From an uncultured Planctomycetota bacterium (lineage in GTDB: Bacteria; Planctomycetota; Planctomycetia; Isosphaerales; Isosphaeraceae): DNA of 64,000 bases. How positions within the stretch are numbered: the first letter of the stretch is position 1; each line of letters begins with the position of its first letter. Location: NCBI GenBank assembly GCA_963737655.1, contig CAVTTN010000002.1, positions 4,192,001 through 4,256,000 of the forward strand, in the 5' to 3' direction. Position numbers and translations under genes: made by a program. Shown piece by piece: positions 1 through 9,472 of this stretch. The notes under the pieces were generated by a model that was given only the letters and a program-made list of their open reading frames with translations, was not told the origin of the DNA and did not search any database.

Positions 1-149
1 TGGCCCAGGTCCCCGAGCAAAGATGGTAACGATCGCCGCATCCGGCGAGATGACGCCGTCCTGCCACGACCCATGCCGAATCGAATCGACGCCTCGTCAC
101 CGACGCGAGATTGCCGCGACCCGCGGGGCCCGACCGCCCCCGGGCCGCG

Positions 150-261
150 TTCCCGGCGACCAGACCGGCGGGGCCACACCCGTTCCCATCCCGAACACGG
201 CCGTTAAGCCCGCCGGGCCCATGATAGTGCCCAAGGCGCGAAAGTCGGTGATCGCCGGGAT
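150..261 (+). rRNA. rrf: 5S ribosomal RNA
   Basis: Complementary ends TCCCGGCGA...TCGCCGGGA, conserved CACACCCGTTCCCATCCCGAACACGG motif and GCGCGAAAGTCGG loop; about 110 nt. Confidence 0.95.
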
Positions 262-272
262 CTTCCTAACAC

Positions 273-313
273 CCGCCCGGGAGGAGAATTTCTCCTCCCG
301 GGCGGTTTTTTTT
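273..313 (+). terminator. Rho-independent terminator after the 5S rRNA
   Basis: 15-bp perfect stem CCGCCCGGGAGGAGA/TCTCCTCCCGGGCGG followed by T8. Confidence 0.9.
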
Positions 314-682
314 GCGCCTTGACGGAAACCGTTTGAGGGCAGAGGGCTTGGGAGGTCGAATCGAACCAGGAGGCGGCGAGCTTGCCCGTCGACCTTTCCC
401 CCAGCTCCGCCGCGGTCGTTGAGCTCCGGCTCCGCTCGAGTTTTGTCCTGGCCGTGAAGTTTGGCCGCCAGACCATGCGGTTCATTAGGGGCCCGGATCA
501 CAATGGCCTCCAATCATGCTTCTTGGCTGTCTTCTTCGAGCAATCGCATGGATGTTTTTCGATTCTAGATTTAGATTTCCGGACCCATTCCGAGGGATGA
601 TCGCCTGATGCCTTCATTTCCCCGGAGCGACGTCCTAAGATGGATGCGGAATTCGGGTCGAAAAGCCCAAGGTCGAGCGGAC

Positions 683-1729
683 ATGAATCAGAGCCTCCTC
701 GATCATTCGACGGACGAGCTCTCGGCCTGGATGGTCGAGCGCTCGTTCCCCGCCTTTCATGCTCGGCAGGTTATCCGCTGGGTTTTCGAGCGGCGGGTTG
801 AGACGTTTGAGGGGATGACCGACCTTCCTCGGCGGCTCCGCGAGGCGCTTTCGGCCGATTGGGAGGTTTTCGGGTCGGCGATCGACGTCCATCATGTCTC
901 CCCCGACTCCACCGAGAAACTCCTGCTCACGATGAGGGACGGGGCGCGGGTCGAGTGCGTCTTGATGGCCGAGGACGATCGGCGGACCGTCTGCATCAGC
1001 ACCCAGGTTGGCTGCGGGATGGGTTGCGTTTTCTGCGCCAGCGGGCTGAAGGGCGTGGTGAGGAACCTGACCCGAGGCGAGATCCTGGAACAGGTCCTCC
1101 GGCTTCGCAATCTCCTCCCGGCCGACGAGAAACTCACGAACCTGGTGGTGATGGGGATGGGGGAGAGCCTGGCGAACCTGGACAACCTCATCCCGGCGCT
1201 GGATCGGCTGTGTTCGCCCGAGGGGCTGAACTTCTCGCAACGCCGGGTGACGATCTCGACCGTCGGCCTGCCGGAGAAGATCAGGGCGTTGGCCGATCTG
1301 GATCGGCAGTATCATCTGGCGGTCTCCCTGCATGGGGCGACGCCCGAGGTTCGGGATGAACTGGTGCCGATCAATCGCAAGGTTGGGCTGATTCCGGTGA
1401 TCGAGGCGGCCGATGCCTACTTCCACCGGACGGGCCGACAGGTTACCTTCGAGTATGTCCTGCTCCGAGGGAAGAACGACCGTCCCGACGATGCCGACGC
1501 CCTGGGGCGCCTGCTGGCCGGGCGGAAGGCGCACGTCAACCTGATTCCCTACAACCCGGTGGCGGGCCTGCCGTTCGAGAGGCCGAGCCCCGAGGCGATC
1601 CGCCGGTTCTCGGCGATCGTGGCGGGCCGAGGCGTGAGCGTGAGCGTCCGCAAGACCAAGGGCCGGGAGATCGACGCCGGGTGCGGGCAACTGCGGAGAC
1701 GGGTCGAGACGGCCGGATCGGTTCTCTGA
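683..1729 (+). CDS. rlmN: 23S rRNA (adenine2503-C2)/tRNA methyltransferase RlmN
   Basis: CISTQVGCGMGCVFCASG radical SAM motif, MGMGE, TFEYVLL, NLIPYNP, IDAGCGQL. Confidence 0.95.
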   Translation: MNQSLLDHSTDELSAWMVERSFPAFHARQVIRWVFERRVETFEGMTDLPRRLREALSADWEVFGSAIDVHHVSPDSTEKLLLTMRDGARVECVLMAEDDRRTVCISTQVGCGMGCVFCASGLKGVVRNLTRGEILEQVLRLRNLLPADEKLTNLVVMGMGESLANLDNLIPALDRLCSPEGLNFSQRRVTISTVGLPEKIRALADLDRQYHLAVSLHGATPEVRDELVPINRKVGLIPVIEAADAYFHRTGRQVTFEYVLLRGKNDRPDDADALGRLLAGRKAHVNLIPYNPVAGLPFERPSPEAIRRFSAIVAGRGVSVSVRKTKGREIDAGCGQLRRRVETAGSVL

Positions 1730-1742
1730 TCGGAAGGCGACG

Positions 1743-2423
1743 ATGGCACGTCCGCCCGCACAGTCGATCCCCGATACCGGACCCGATCACGTGGACGGTG
1801 GCGAGACCCTGGAACAGCAGCTCGAGACGAGGGACCCGGACGTCAAGCTGATGCTCCAGGTCCGGGACGACGTGGCCGGCGCGTTCGAGGAGCTGGTGGT
1901 TCGCTACCAGGCGCGCCTCCTCGGGGTCATGACCCATCTGATCGGCCGGGCGGAGGAGGCGGAGGACCTCACTCAGGACGTCTTCTTGCGGATCTACAAG
2001 GCCCGCAAGGGATACCGGCCGAAGGCGAAGTTCTCGACCTGGCTGTTCACGATCGCCAACAACCTGGCCTTGAACCATCTGAGGGGCAAGGGAAGAAACC
2101 CGACGGTCGCCCTGGATGCCGGCCACTCGGGCTCCCAGGCGATCGCCTGGGCCGGGGACCGCGTGGCCGCCCGAGACGGCTCGGCGTCGGCCCAGATGAG
2201 GAAGGTCGAGCTTTCGGAAGTGGTCCGCGAGGCCCTGGATACCCTGGGCGAAGACCAGAAGCTGGCCGTCCTCCTGAACAAGTTCGAGGAGATGAGTTAC
2301 GCGGAGATCGCCGAGGTCATGGGACGGACCGAACCGGCGATCAAGTCGCTCCTGGCCCGCGCTCGAACCAACCTCCGGGAACGGTTGGAGCCGTATCTCC
2401 GGACGGGCCACAAGGGGGCCTGA
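1743..2423 (+). CDS. ECF sigma-70 factor
   Basis: AEDLTQDVFLR, FSTWLFTIANN (region 2); MSYAEIAEVMG...IKSLLARAR (region 4). Confidence 0.9.
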   Translation: MARPPAQSIPDTGPDHVDGGETLEQQLETRDPDVKLMLQVRDDVAGAFEELVVRYQARLLGVMTHLIGRAEEAEDLTQDVFLRIYKARKGYRPKAKFSTWLFTIANNLALNHLRGKGRNPTVALDAGHSGSQAIAWAGDRVAARDGSASAQMRKVELSEVVREALDTLGEDQKLAVLLNKFEEMSYAEIAEVMGRTEPAIKSLLARARTNLRERLEPYLRTGHKGA

Positions 2424-2433
2424 CCGGCTCGTC

Positions 2434-3186
2434 ATGCCAACCGAACCGATCGGGGCCGTTCGAGGGCGTTCCTGGCGATGGCTCCCCCGACAGGTGGCCC
2501 TGGCTGTCCAGGACCTGTTGTTCCCCCTGACCTGCTCGATCTGCGGGGCCGCCGGCCACTCCGGGCCGTGGTGCGAGGATTGCCGGGGAGAGATGCTGGA
2601 AGGGGCCGGACCCGCGTGCCCTCGATGCGCCGTGCCGATCGGTCCGTGGGAGAACGTCGAGGGCGGTTGCGCCTGGTGCCGCGGCAAGCGCCTGGGGTTC
2701 GATTCGGCGGTGGCCCTGGGGCCGTATCAGGGGCCGATCCGTCACGTCTGCCTCGCCATGAAACGGTCGTCCGGGTCGTGGCTGGGCCGCTGGGCGGCCG
2801 ACCTCCTGATCGAGGCCCGGGGCGACGTTCTCCGGGCCGTGGGCGCCTCGGCCGTCGTGCCGATCCCTCTGCACTGGTCCCGGCACCTGACCCGTCGCCA
2901 TAATCAGGCGGACGTCCTGGCCGATCGCCTGGCCGAGCGGCTCGGTTTGCCGAGCCTCCGACCCCTCCGCCGGGCGTATCGCACTCCGAAGCTCGCGGGG
3001 ATGTCTCGAACCGAACGGGCGGCGAGGATGAAGGATGCGTTTCGGGCTCGCGAGGAGGTCCGAGGGCGAACCGTCCTGCTCGTCGATGACATCCTGACCT
3101 CGGGCGCGACGTGCGGATCGGCGGCCCGAGCCTTGAAGAAGGCCGGGGCGAAACGAGTCGTCGCGGTGGTCCTCGGCCGGGCGTGA
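2434..3186 (+). CDS. comF: ComF family protein (double zinc ribbon + phosphoribosyltransferase domain)
   Basis: Four CxxC pairs, VVPIPLH, HNQA, VLLVDDILTSGAT. Confidence 0.9.
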   Translation: MPTEPIGAVRGRSWRWLPRQVALAVQDLLFPLTCSICGAAGHSGPWCEDCRGEMLEGAGPACPRCAVPIGPWENVEGGCAWCRGKRLGFDSAVALGPYQGPIRHVCLAMKRSSGSWLGRWAADLLIEARGDVLRAVGASAVVPIPLHWSRHLTRRHNQADVLADRLAERLGLPSLRPLRRAYRTPKLAGMSRTERAARMKDAFRAREEVRGRTVLLVDDILTSGATCGSAARALKKAGAKRVVAVVLGRA

Positions 3187-3224
3187 ACCGCCCGAAATCC
3201 GTCCGAAATGCCTGGAGAGATCGC

Positions 3225-4201
3225 GTGGAACCCCCCCCGAACCCAGCCGGCTCGCCTCGAATCTCGCTCCGCCTGGGGACGCGGGGCAGCCGCCTGGCCC
3301 GTTGGCAATCGGAGTGGGTGGCGGCCCGGCTCCGGGCTCTCCATCCCGGCTTGGATGTGGAGCTTGTGGAGATCAGGACGCTCGGGGACATCGACCGCAC
3401 GTCCCCCCTGGCGGCGATCGGCGGGCTCGGCCTTTTCACCAAGGAGATCCAGAGGGCGTTGCTCGACGAAAGGGTCGATCTGGCCGTTCACAGCCTGAAG
3501 GACCTGCCGACCCGAGGGCCGGAGGGCCTGGTCCTGGCCGCGGTCCCGGCTCGCGAAGACCCGTCCGATGCCCTGATCTCACCTCGGTTTCGGACGCTTG
3601 ATGCCTTGCCTCCCGGCGCGAAGGTCGGCACGGGTTCCCAGCGGAGGAGGGCGCAGCTCCTGGCGATCCGGCCGGACCTGGACGTCCGCGAGCTCCGGGG
3701 GAACGTGGAGACCCGGCTGGACCACGCCCGCCTCGGCAAGCTCGATGCCGTGGTGCTCGCCTCGTCGGGCCTGAAGCGGCTCGGGCTGGAAGCGGAGATT
3801 ACCGAGACGTTGCTCTCCGAGCGGTTCTTGCCGGCGGTCGGCCAGGGGGCCCTGGGGATCGAATGCCGGGCGGACGATCGGGCGACGCGTGACCTCCTCG
3901 GGCCGCTGAACGATCCGGCCACTCGCCGGGCCGTCCTGGCGGAACGCCAAGTCCTGGCCGACCTGGAAGGGGGCTGCACGATCCCTCTGGCGGCCTGGGC
4001 CCGCGACTCGGCCCGGGCCTGGCGCTGGATGCCGCCGTGTTCGATCGAGACGGCCTGCGACGGGTCGAGGCCGGGGCGATCGGCGACCCGGACGACCCGG
4101 AGTTCCTCGGAGGGGTCGTGGCCCGAGCCTTGAAGGAACGGGGGGCCGACGAGGTCCTGGCCGGGGCTCGCCGACCGATCGCCCGGGAGACGCCGGAGTA
4201 G
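3225..4201 (+). CDS. hemC: Hydroxymethylbilane synthase (porphobilinogen deaminase); apparent frameshift near 4015
   Basis: LGTRGSRLARWQ, GLFTKEIQ, VHSLKDLP, LRGNVETRL, PAVGQGALG, GGCTIP; C-terminus (LALDAAVF...RGADEVL) continues in another frame to TAG at 4199-4201; start uncertain. Confidence 0.9.
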
Positions 4202-4298
4202 CTCGCGAAGGGGGAATTCTGCCGGAGGCCCCGAGCCCCGGCCGATAATCCGAGGAGACGGCCGACGATCCCGACGGCCGAGGCTCGGAGAGGCCCTC

Positions 4299-5594
4299 GT
4301 GAGCGACCACCTCGGCCCGGACGCCCCCCGATCGGCGCCGTTTTCTGCCTTCGCGGATCTCGCCGCCCGGATCTCGGCGAAGGCCGCGGTCGGCCTGGGG
4401 CTGATCGCCGCGACGAGCGTGGCCATCGCCGTGGCCGCCTCGCCGTGGCTGGTCCCTCCATACCTCGGGTTGATGGCCTGGCTCCTCGCGGCCCCGGGCA
4501 AACCCGCAGAACCCGAGGCGCCGGACCGCTCGAATCCGCCCGACTGCCCGACCGAAACGGCCATCCCCTCGGCGATCGAGCAGGCGGCCGAATTCGAACC
4601 CGAACCGTCCCCCGAACTGCCTCCTCCGCCTCGCAAGCCGCGAAAATCGAGAGGGAAAGGCCGGGCGAAGGCCATTCCGGCCGCCTCGGCGGAGAAGCCG
4701 CAGGCCACCTGGGTCCAGGTCGAGCCGGGGAAGTTCGTCCGCGTCGAGATCGCGCCGGGGTCGCCGGTCGAGGCCGATTCGGAGTCGTCGGAATCGACCA
4801 ATCCGGTCTCCGAGTCCTCCTCGGAGGCGGAAGACGCGGCGATCACCTCGCCCGATTCCGTCGAGGAGGAGAATCCACCCGAGGTCGAAGCGATTGCGCC
4901 GTCTTCATCGCCGCAAGACCCCGCCTCCACCGAGGTTCGAGCCGCCTCCGATCCTGGTCCCGAGGCCGAAAACGCGGCCACGCCGGAGACGGTCGAGCGG
5001 TCCGCCCCCGATTCGGACGACGGGAATCGGGACGAGATTCCCCTGGAAATCGCCGACGCCTCGCCCTCGGGGAATCGAGACGAGCACGAGGAGGCCGATG
5101 GTCCTTCCCCCCAACCGATCACCCTCGATCCGCCGCTCCCGGTCGCCTCGGAATCGCCATCGCCTCGATGGCCAGGCCCAACGATTGGGCCCGTCCGTCG
5201 AGATCGCGCCATCCGAGGGGCCGGCCCGCGCCGCCGGGGGATTTCCCGGACGAGGAGCGCGGCCAATCGACCCGGACCTCGTCGGGCGATCGCGGCCCCG
5301 AGGGCGAGCCGGGGGCGGGCCCCTCCTCGTCCCCGACGACGGTTTCTCTTCTCACTCGGGATCGGGGCGGCTCGCGAGCTTGGACGCGGGACGCCCCGTC
5401 TCGTTTTGAGCTATCGGGGCGGCGATTCGGGACCGTCCATCACGAACCGGCGGATCAAGTCCGGCAATTCGGCCGAGAACCGGCTCCGGGGCATCACCGG
5501 GTCGCAGCCGGCGTCCCGGGCGGCGTCGAGCGCGGCAACATCGACGTGGGAGCCGAAGGCGAGGAATCGCGTCTCGGGAGCGATCGTCCGGTAG
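4299..5594 (+). CDS. Hypothetical protein: N-terminal hydrophobic segments, acidic/Pro-rich disordered body, basic tail; 3' end uncertain
   Basis: Hydrophobic GLGLIAATSVAIAVAASPWLVPPYLGLMAWLL, WVQVEPGKFVRVE motif; the ORF end overlaps the convergent gene, so the true stop may be earlier (about 5409 with a frameshift). Confidence 0.55.
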   Translation: MSDHLGPDAPRSAPFSAFADLAARISAKAAVGLGLIAATSVAIAVAASPWLVPPYLGLMAWLLAAPGKPAEPEAPDRSNPPDCPTETAIPSAIEQAAEFEPEPSPELPPPPRKPRKSRGKGRAKAIPAASAEKPQATWVQVEPGKFVRVEIAPGSPVEADSESSESTNPVSESSSEAEDAAITSPDSVEEENPPEVEAIAPSSSPQDPASTEVRAASDPGPEAENAATPETVERSAPDSDDGNRDEIPLEIADASPSGNRDEHEEADGPSPQPITLDPPLPVASESPSPRWPGPTIGPVRRDRAIRGAGPRRRGISRTRSAANRPGPRRAIAAPRASRGRAPPRPRRRFLFSLGIGAARELGRGTPRLVLSYRGGDSGPSITNRRIKSGNSAENRLRGITGSQPASRAASSAATSTWEPKARNRVSGAIVR

Positions 5595-5806
5595 GCGATC
5601 AGGGCCTCGGGACGAACCAGGGGGCCGGCGGCCAGGTCCACGAACACGGACCTCGGCTTCCATTGCTCGATCAGCGAGGTGGCCAGCGATTCGTCTCCGG
5701 CCGTGAGCATCCTCACGCCGAGCTCGCGGGCGGTGCCGGTGATCTTCGAGGTGAAGATCAGGTCGCGGCTCAGGAGGATGGCCGAGGGACCGTCGGCGGG
5801 GGTCAC
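5411..5806 (-). CDS. Atypical single-domain receiver (response regulator-like) protein
   Basis: beta/alpha pattern ILLSRDLIF...VFVDLAAG...FLAFGSHVD...AGCDPVMPRSRF; GTGA overlap with the upstream HAD stop. Confidence 0.7.
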   Translation of the reverse strand: MTPADGPSAILLSRDLIFTSKITGTARELGVRMLTAGDESLATSLIEQWKPRSVFVDLAAGPLVRPEALIAYRTIAPETRFLAFGSHVDVAALDAARDAGCDPVMPRSRFSAELPDLIRRFVMDGPESPPR

Positions 5807-6501
5807 GGCGAGACCTCCGGGGCGAACATCGTCTCGACCCACCGCGGCCCGAGCCCTTCGAGCCCGGAGACCACGGCGTCGGCCCCGGCGCCTCGGAGTT
5901 CGCCGTCGGCATACGTGTTCGAGACGCCCACGGCCCACATCCCGGCGGCCTTGGCCGACTGGATGCCCGCCAGGCTGTCCTCGAACACCAGGCAATGCGC
6001 GGCCTCGAGGTCCTCGCCCACCGAGGATCGGAGGGCGTCGAGCGCGAGCAGGTAGCCCTCGGGGTCCGGCTTGCAGTTGGCCGTGTCCTCGGCCGAGACG
6101 ATCGCCAGGACCCGGTCGCGGACGCCCAGGCGATCCAGGCTGTACTCGATCTCGGGCCGCAGAGCCCCGGAGTTGATCGCGATCGGCCATCGGCCGGCGA
6201 GGCTCCTGAGCCCGTCGCCGGCCCCCGGGAAGTAGCGGAGCCCGTCCTTCGCCCGGGGGACGTACCGCGCGGCCTTCCGGGCGATCAGCTCGTCGAGCCT
6301 CGACGGCGGGGCGGCCTGGCCGGCGTCGGCCAGGGCGGCCTCGAAGCATCGGCGGTCGTCGTAGCCGAGGTATTTCTCGTGATAGAGCGCCTCGGTCAGC
6401 TCCACGCCTTCCTCGGCGAGGACCTCCCGGAACAGCTCGAAATGGACCGACTCGTCATCGACGAGGACGCCGTTGAAGTCGAAGATCACCGCGCGGATCA
6501 T
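5803..6501 (-). CDS. HAD family phosphatase (beta-PGM/CbbY-like)
   Basis: VIFDFNGV, INSGA, CKPDPEGY, VFEDSLAGIQSAKAAGM. Confidence 0.9.
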   Translation of the reverse strand: MIRAVIFDFNGVLVDDESVHFELFREVLAEEGVELTEALYHEKYLGYDDRRCFEAALADAGQAAPPSRLDELIARKAARYVPRAKDGLRYFPGAGDGLRSLAGRWPIAINSGALRPEIEYSLDRLGVRDRVLAIVSAEDTANCKPDPEGYLLALDALRSSVGEDLEAAHCLVFEDSLAGIQSAKAAGMWAVGVSNTYADGELRGAGADAVVSGLEGLGPRWVETMFAPEVSP

Positions 6502-6606
6502 GGGGGAGGGCCAACCGGGGAGGGGAGGGAGGGGGATGAACACGAATCGGAGACGGAATCCGTGTTCATCAAGGAACGCGAGGTCGGCCGGGCCGGCCTC
6601 GGGGGA

Positions 6607-6954
6607 TCAGATGGCCTCGGGTCCGCGCTCGCCGGTGCGGATGCGGATGCAGTCGTCCATCGGCAGGATGAAGATCTTGCCGTCGCCGATCTTGCCTTCG
6701 GGACCGGTGCGGCCGGCCTGGATGATGGCGTTGACCGTCGGCTCGACGAAGTCCTCGTTGACGGCGATCTGGAGCTCGATCTTGCGGAGGAGGTTGACGG
6801 TGAACTCGTGGCCTCGGTAGACCTCCGTGTACCCCTTCTGACGGCCGAAGCCCTGGACGTCCATCACCGTCAGGCGGAAGACCTCGACGTGCGAGAGGGC
6901 CTCCTTGACGGCTTCCAGCTTGGTGGGCTGGATCACAGCGATGATGAGCTTCAT
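6607..6954 (-). CDS. glnB: P-II nitrogen regulatory protein (GlnB/GlnK family)
   Basis: GFGRQKG, EVYRG T-loop, GKIGDGKIFI, IRIRTGERG. Confidence 0.93.
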   Translation of the reverse strand: MKLIIAVIQPTKLEAVKEALSHVEVFRLTVMDVQGFGRQKGYTEVYRGHEFTVNLLRKIELQIAVNEDFVEPTVNAIIQAGRTGPEGKIGDGKIFILPMDDCIRIRTGERGPEAI

Positions 6955-7334
6955 CGATCCCCTCTCCGGGTCGCGGACGGCCCAACGTCCGCGGGGCCGG
7001 ACAAGGCCGCGCGGGGCCGCTTCTGACCCCAATTGAACCGGAAACCCGTCCGGCGTCAACAGAAAAGACCCGGCGGGCCGGGCCGTCTCCTCCTCGGAGG
7101 GAGCGACTTCGGACGAGTTCCGGCCGGCATGGGTCCCGATCTCGGCGGCCGCGGAGAGACGGCCCCCGGGGTCCGAGGGCGGAACACTCGCCGCCGGGAC
7201 GCCTTGCGGCCTCGTCATCCGAGAACGGTCCGGCCCGGACGGCGTCGGCTCCGGAGCGGTCGATCAGGGCGACCCCGAGTCCGGCGAGACGCCGGGCCGG
7301 GCCGGGATTTCCGGCCCGACTCGGGGGGATCGTC

Positions 7335-7691
7335 TCAGAGACCCGGGCGAGCCGGGGCGTCCGGACCGGCCGGAGGCGAGGCCGGGACCACCGGAGGGGC
7401 CGCCGGGGCCGCCGGCCCCGGGGGCGTGGCCGGGGCGATCGTCGGCGGGTCCAGGCCGGGGTCCGAGGGCTCCGACCCGGCCGCCGGGGGCGTCGGGCTG
7501 AACGGACCGGACGAGGGGACCGTCTCCGGCTGGGCCACCGGGACCCCGCCGTAGGGGTACACGGGCGCTCCGCACCCAGGACCCGTGCAGGGCAACGGCA
7601 TGTCGTCGCAGGTGTCGCAATGGGCGCACCCGGCGGCTCCCAGGGCCGCCAGCGACGCCAGGGCGAACAGGTTCCGAGCCGACCGCAACAT
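7335..7691 (-). CDS. Small Cys-rich, Pro-rich putative lipoprotein
   Basis: Signal peptide with lipobox-like AAGC, then CAHCDTCDD..PC..PGCG; GGAG RBS. Confidence 0.7.
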   Translation of the reverse strand: MLRSARNLFALASLAALGAAGCAHCDTCDDMPLPCTGPGCGAPVYPYGGVPVAQPETVPSSGPFSPTPPAAGSEPSDPGLDPPTIAPATPPGPAAPAAPPVVPASPPAGPDAPARPGL

Positions 7692-8134
7692 GGCGGTCTC
7701 CTTTCGCGAGGGGATTCCGCGCCGGGAAGGGCCTCCCCGAACCTCGGGGACGCCGGGCGAGCGGGCGGGCGCGTCTCGTCTCGGGCCCGGCGGCTCCGCC
7801 GCGATGGGGCCCGATCGCACCGCTCTCTTCGTTCGTCTCCGCTTCATCGACCCCGCCCCACGCCCCGCAATACCGATTCGAGCCCGCAGCCCCGACGACC
7901 CGGACGGTCCTGCCACCTGGCTAAACCTTGAGGATCGCGGCCTTTCGTCGGCCTCGGCCCGATCCGCGACGCCTCGCCCTCGGAATCCCTCGTCGGCGGC
8001 CATCCAGGTTCCTCGGGGGGTCGAGGAAAGCGAGGAGAATCGGCGTGAAAAGGCAAATCGGGTGCTCTGGGTCGAGCGGAGGTGACCCGCGGATCAGGAA
8101 AAAAACTCCCCATGGCCTTTCTTAAGTAAACCTG

Positions 8135-8162
8135 TTGACTCCTTCTCACGATGTACTAAGGT
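8135..8162 (+). promoter_or_regulatory. Putative sigma70-type promoter of the group-2 sigma gene
   Basis: TTGACT-16 nt-TAAGGT in an AT-rich island. Confidence 0.4.
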
Positions 8163-8276
8163 GAGGAGGGACCGGACTCGACCCGGGCGGGATTGACCTC
8201 TCCGCCCGCCCCTCGACGCCGCCCTTCCCGCCGAGCCGACGAGGAGACGCGACGCCGCGCCAGGAGATCCCCCGCC

Positions 8277-9128
8277 ATGATGCCTCGCCGTCGCCGACGC
8301 GATACCGATCGCAACTCGATTCTTCATCTGTACTTGCAGGACATCAACAACACCCCGCTCCTCTCGGCCGAGGAGGAGAAGTCCCTGGCCCATCGCGTGG
8401 CCGAAGGCGACCCGGAGGCCCGCGACCACATGGTCAAGGCCAATCTCCGGCTCGTCGTGAGCATCGCCCGAGGCTACCTGAATAAGGGACTCGGCCTCGA
8501 AGACCTGATCGAAGAAGGCAACCTCGGCCTGATGAGGGCCGTCGAGGGGTTCGACGGCGAGATGGCCAACCGGTTCAGCACGTATGCGAGCTACTGGATC
8601 AAGCAGTCGATCCGCCGCGCCGTGATGAATCAGGGCAAGCCGATCCGCCTGCCGGCCTACATGGTCACGCTGCTCTCGAAGTGGAAGCGGGTCACCAACG
8701 TCCTGACCGAGGAGCTCGGCCGCCCCCCCCTGCCCGAGGAGGTGGGCCGGGCCCTCCGGCTGTCGAAGAAGAAGGTCGGGATCGTCACCAAGGCCATCCG
8801 GGTCAACAACTTGACGCCGCACTCCGACGGCGACGACGAGGACGGGGGGATGCTCGACGACCTCCTGACCGACGACCGCAGCCGGGCCCCGGACGACCTC
8901 ATGATCGAGGCCGACGACATGACCCGGATCCTCGACAGCCTCGAACGGCTGGAGGCGAGGGAGACCGCCGTGATCCGCCTGAGGTTCGGCCTCGACGGCG
9001 ACGGCCCGAAGACCCTCCGGGAGATCGGCGAGACCCTGGGGCTGACCCGCGAGCGGGTCCGCCAGCTCGAACACGGGGCCCTCATGAAGCTGATCGCGGC
9101 CGTGGACACCGAGCGCTCGGCCGTCTGA
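8277..9128 (+). CDS. RpoD/RpoS-family sigma factor lacking region 1.1 (group 2-like)
   Basis: LYLQDI, MVKANLRLVVSIA, DLIEEGNLGLMRAVE, RFSTYASYWIKQ, TLREIG..LGLTRERVRQLE. Confidence 0.92.
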   Translation: MMPRRRRRDTDRNSILHLYLQDINNTPLLSAEEEKSLAHRVAEGDPEARDHMVKANLRLVVSIARGYLNKGLGLEDLIEEGNLGLMRAVEGFDGEMANRFSTYASYWIKQSIRRAVMNQGKPIRLPAYMVTLLSKWKRVTNVLTEELGRPPLPEEVGRALRLSKKKVGIVTKAIRVNNLTPHSDGDDEDGGMLDDLLTDDRSRAPDDLMIEADDMTRILDSLERLEARETAVIRLRFGLDGDGPKTLREIGETLGLTRERVRQLEHGALMKLIAAVDTERSAV

Positions 9129-9144
9129 TCCGCAGCCCCGACCA

Positions 9145-9260
9145 CCACGACGCCACGAACGCCAGGGCCGACGCAAAGGGAATCCGGGAAATGGGTTGAG
9201 GACGCCCTCCTCAATCTCCCCGATCCCCGTGCGTCGGCCCTGGCGTTCGTGGCGTCGTGG
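9145..9260. repeat. Intergenic inverted repeat (31-bp perfect arms), MITE/REPIN-like
   Basis: CCACGACGCCACGAACGCCAGGGCCGACGCA at 9145-9175 and its exact reverse complement at 9230-9260. Confidence 0.85.
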
Positions 9261-9472
9261 CCGTCGGGGCTGTTCCCCGGTTTTCGCTTGATCGGCGGCT
9301 GGTGCGGCCGGACGATCAGGGCGCGGGGCTTCCGAGAATCGCGCTTCGGGCGCAATAATCGGATGGGGGGCCCGAATAGCCATGTAGGGGACGCGGGCCA
9401 GAGGCGACAGCCGGCCCGGGTCGCCGCGACGACCGCCTGCCTGCCCGTGGCCTTAACTCCAGGAGACGTCCG

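Noticed and set aside
23..600. Short ORFs over and after the 5S gene
   Set aside because: They overlap the rRNA/terminator or lack any protein-like motif
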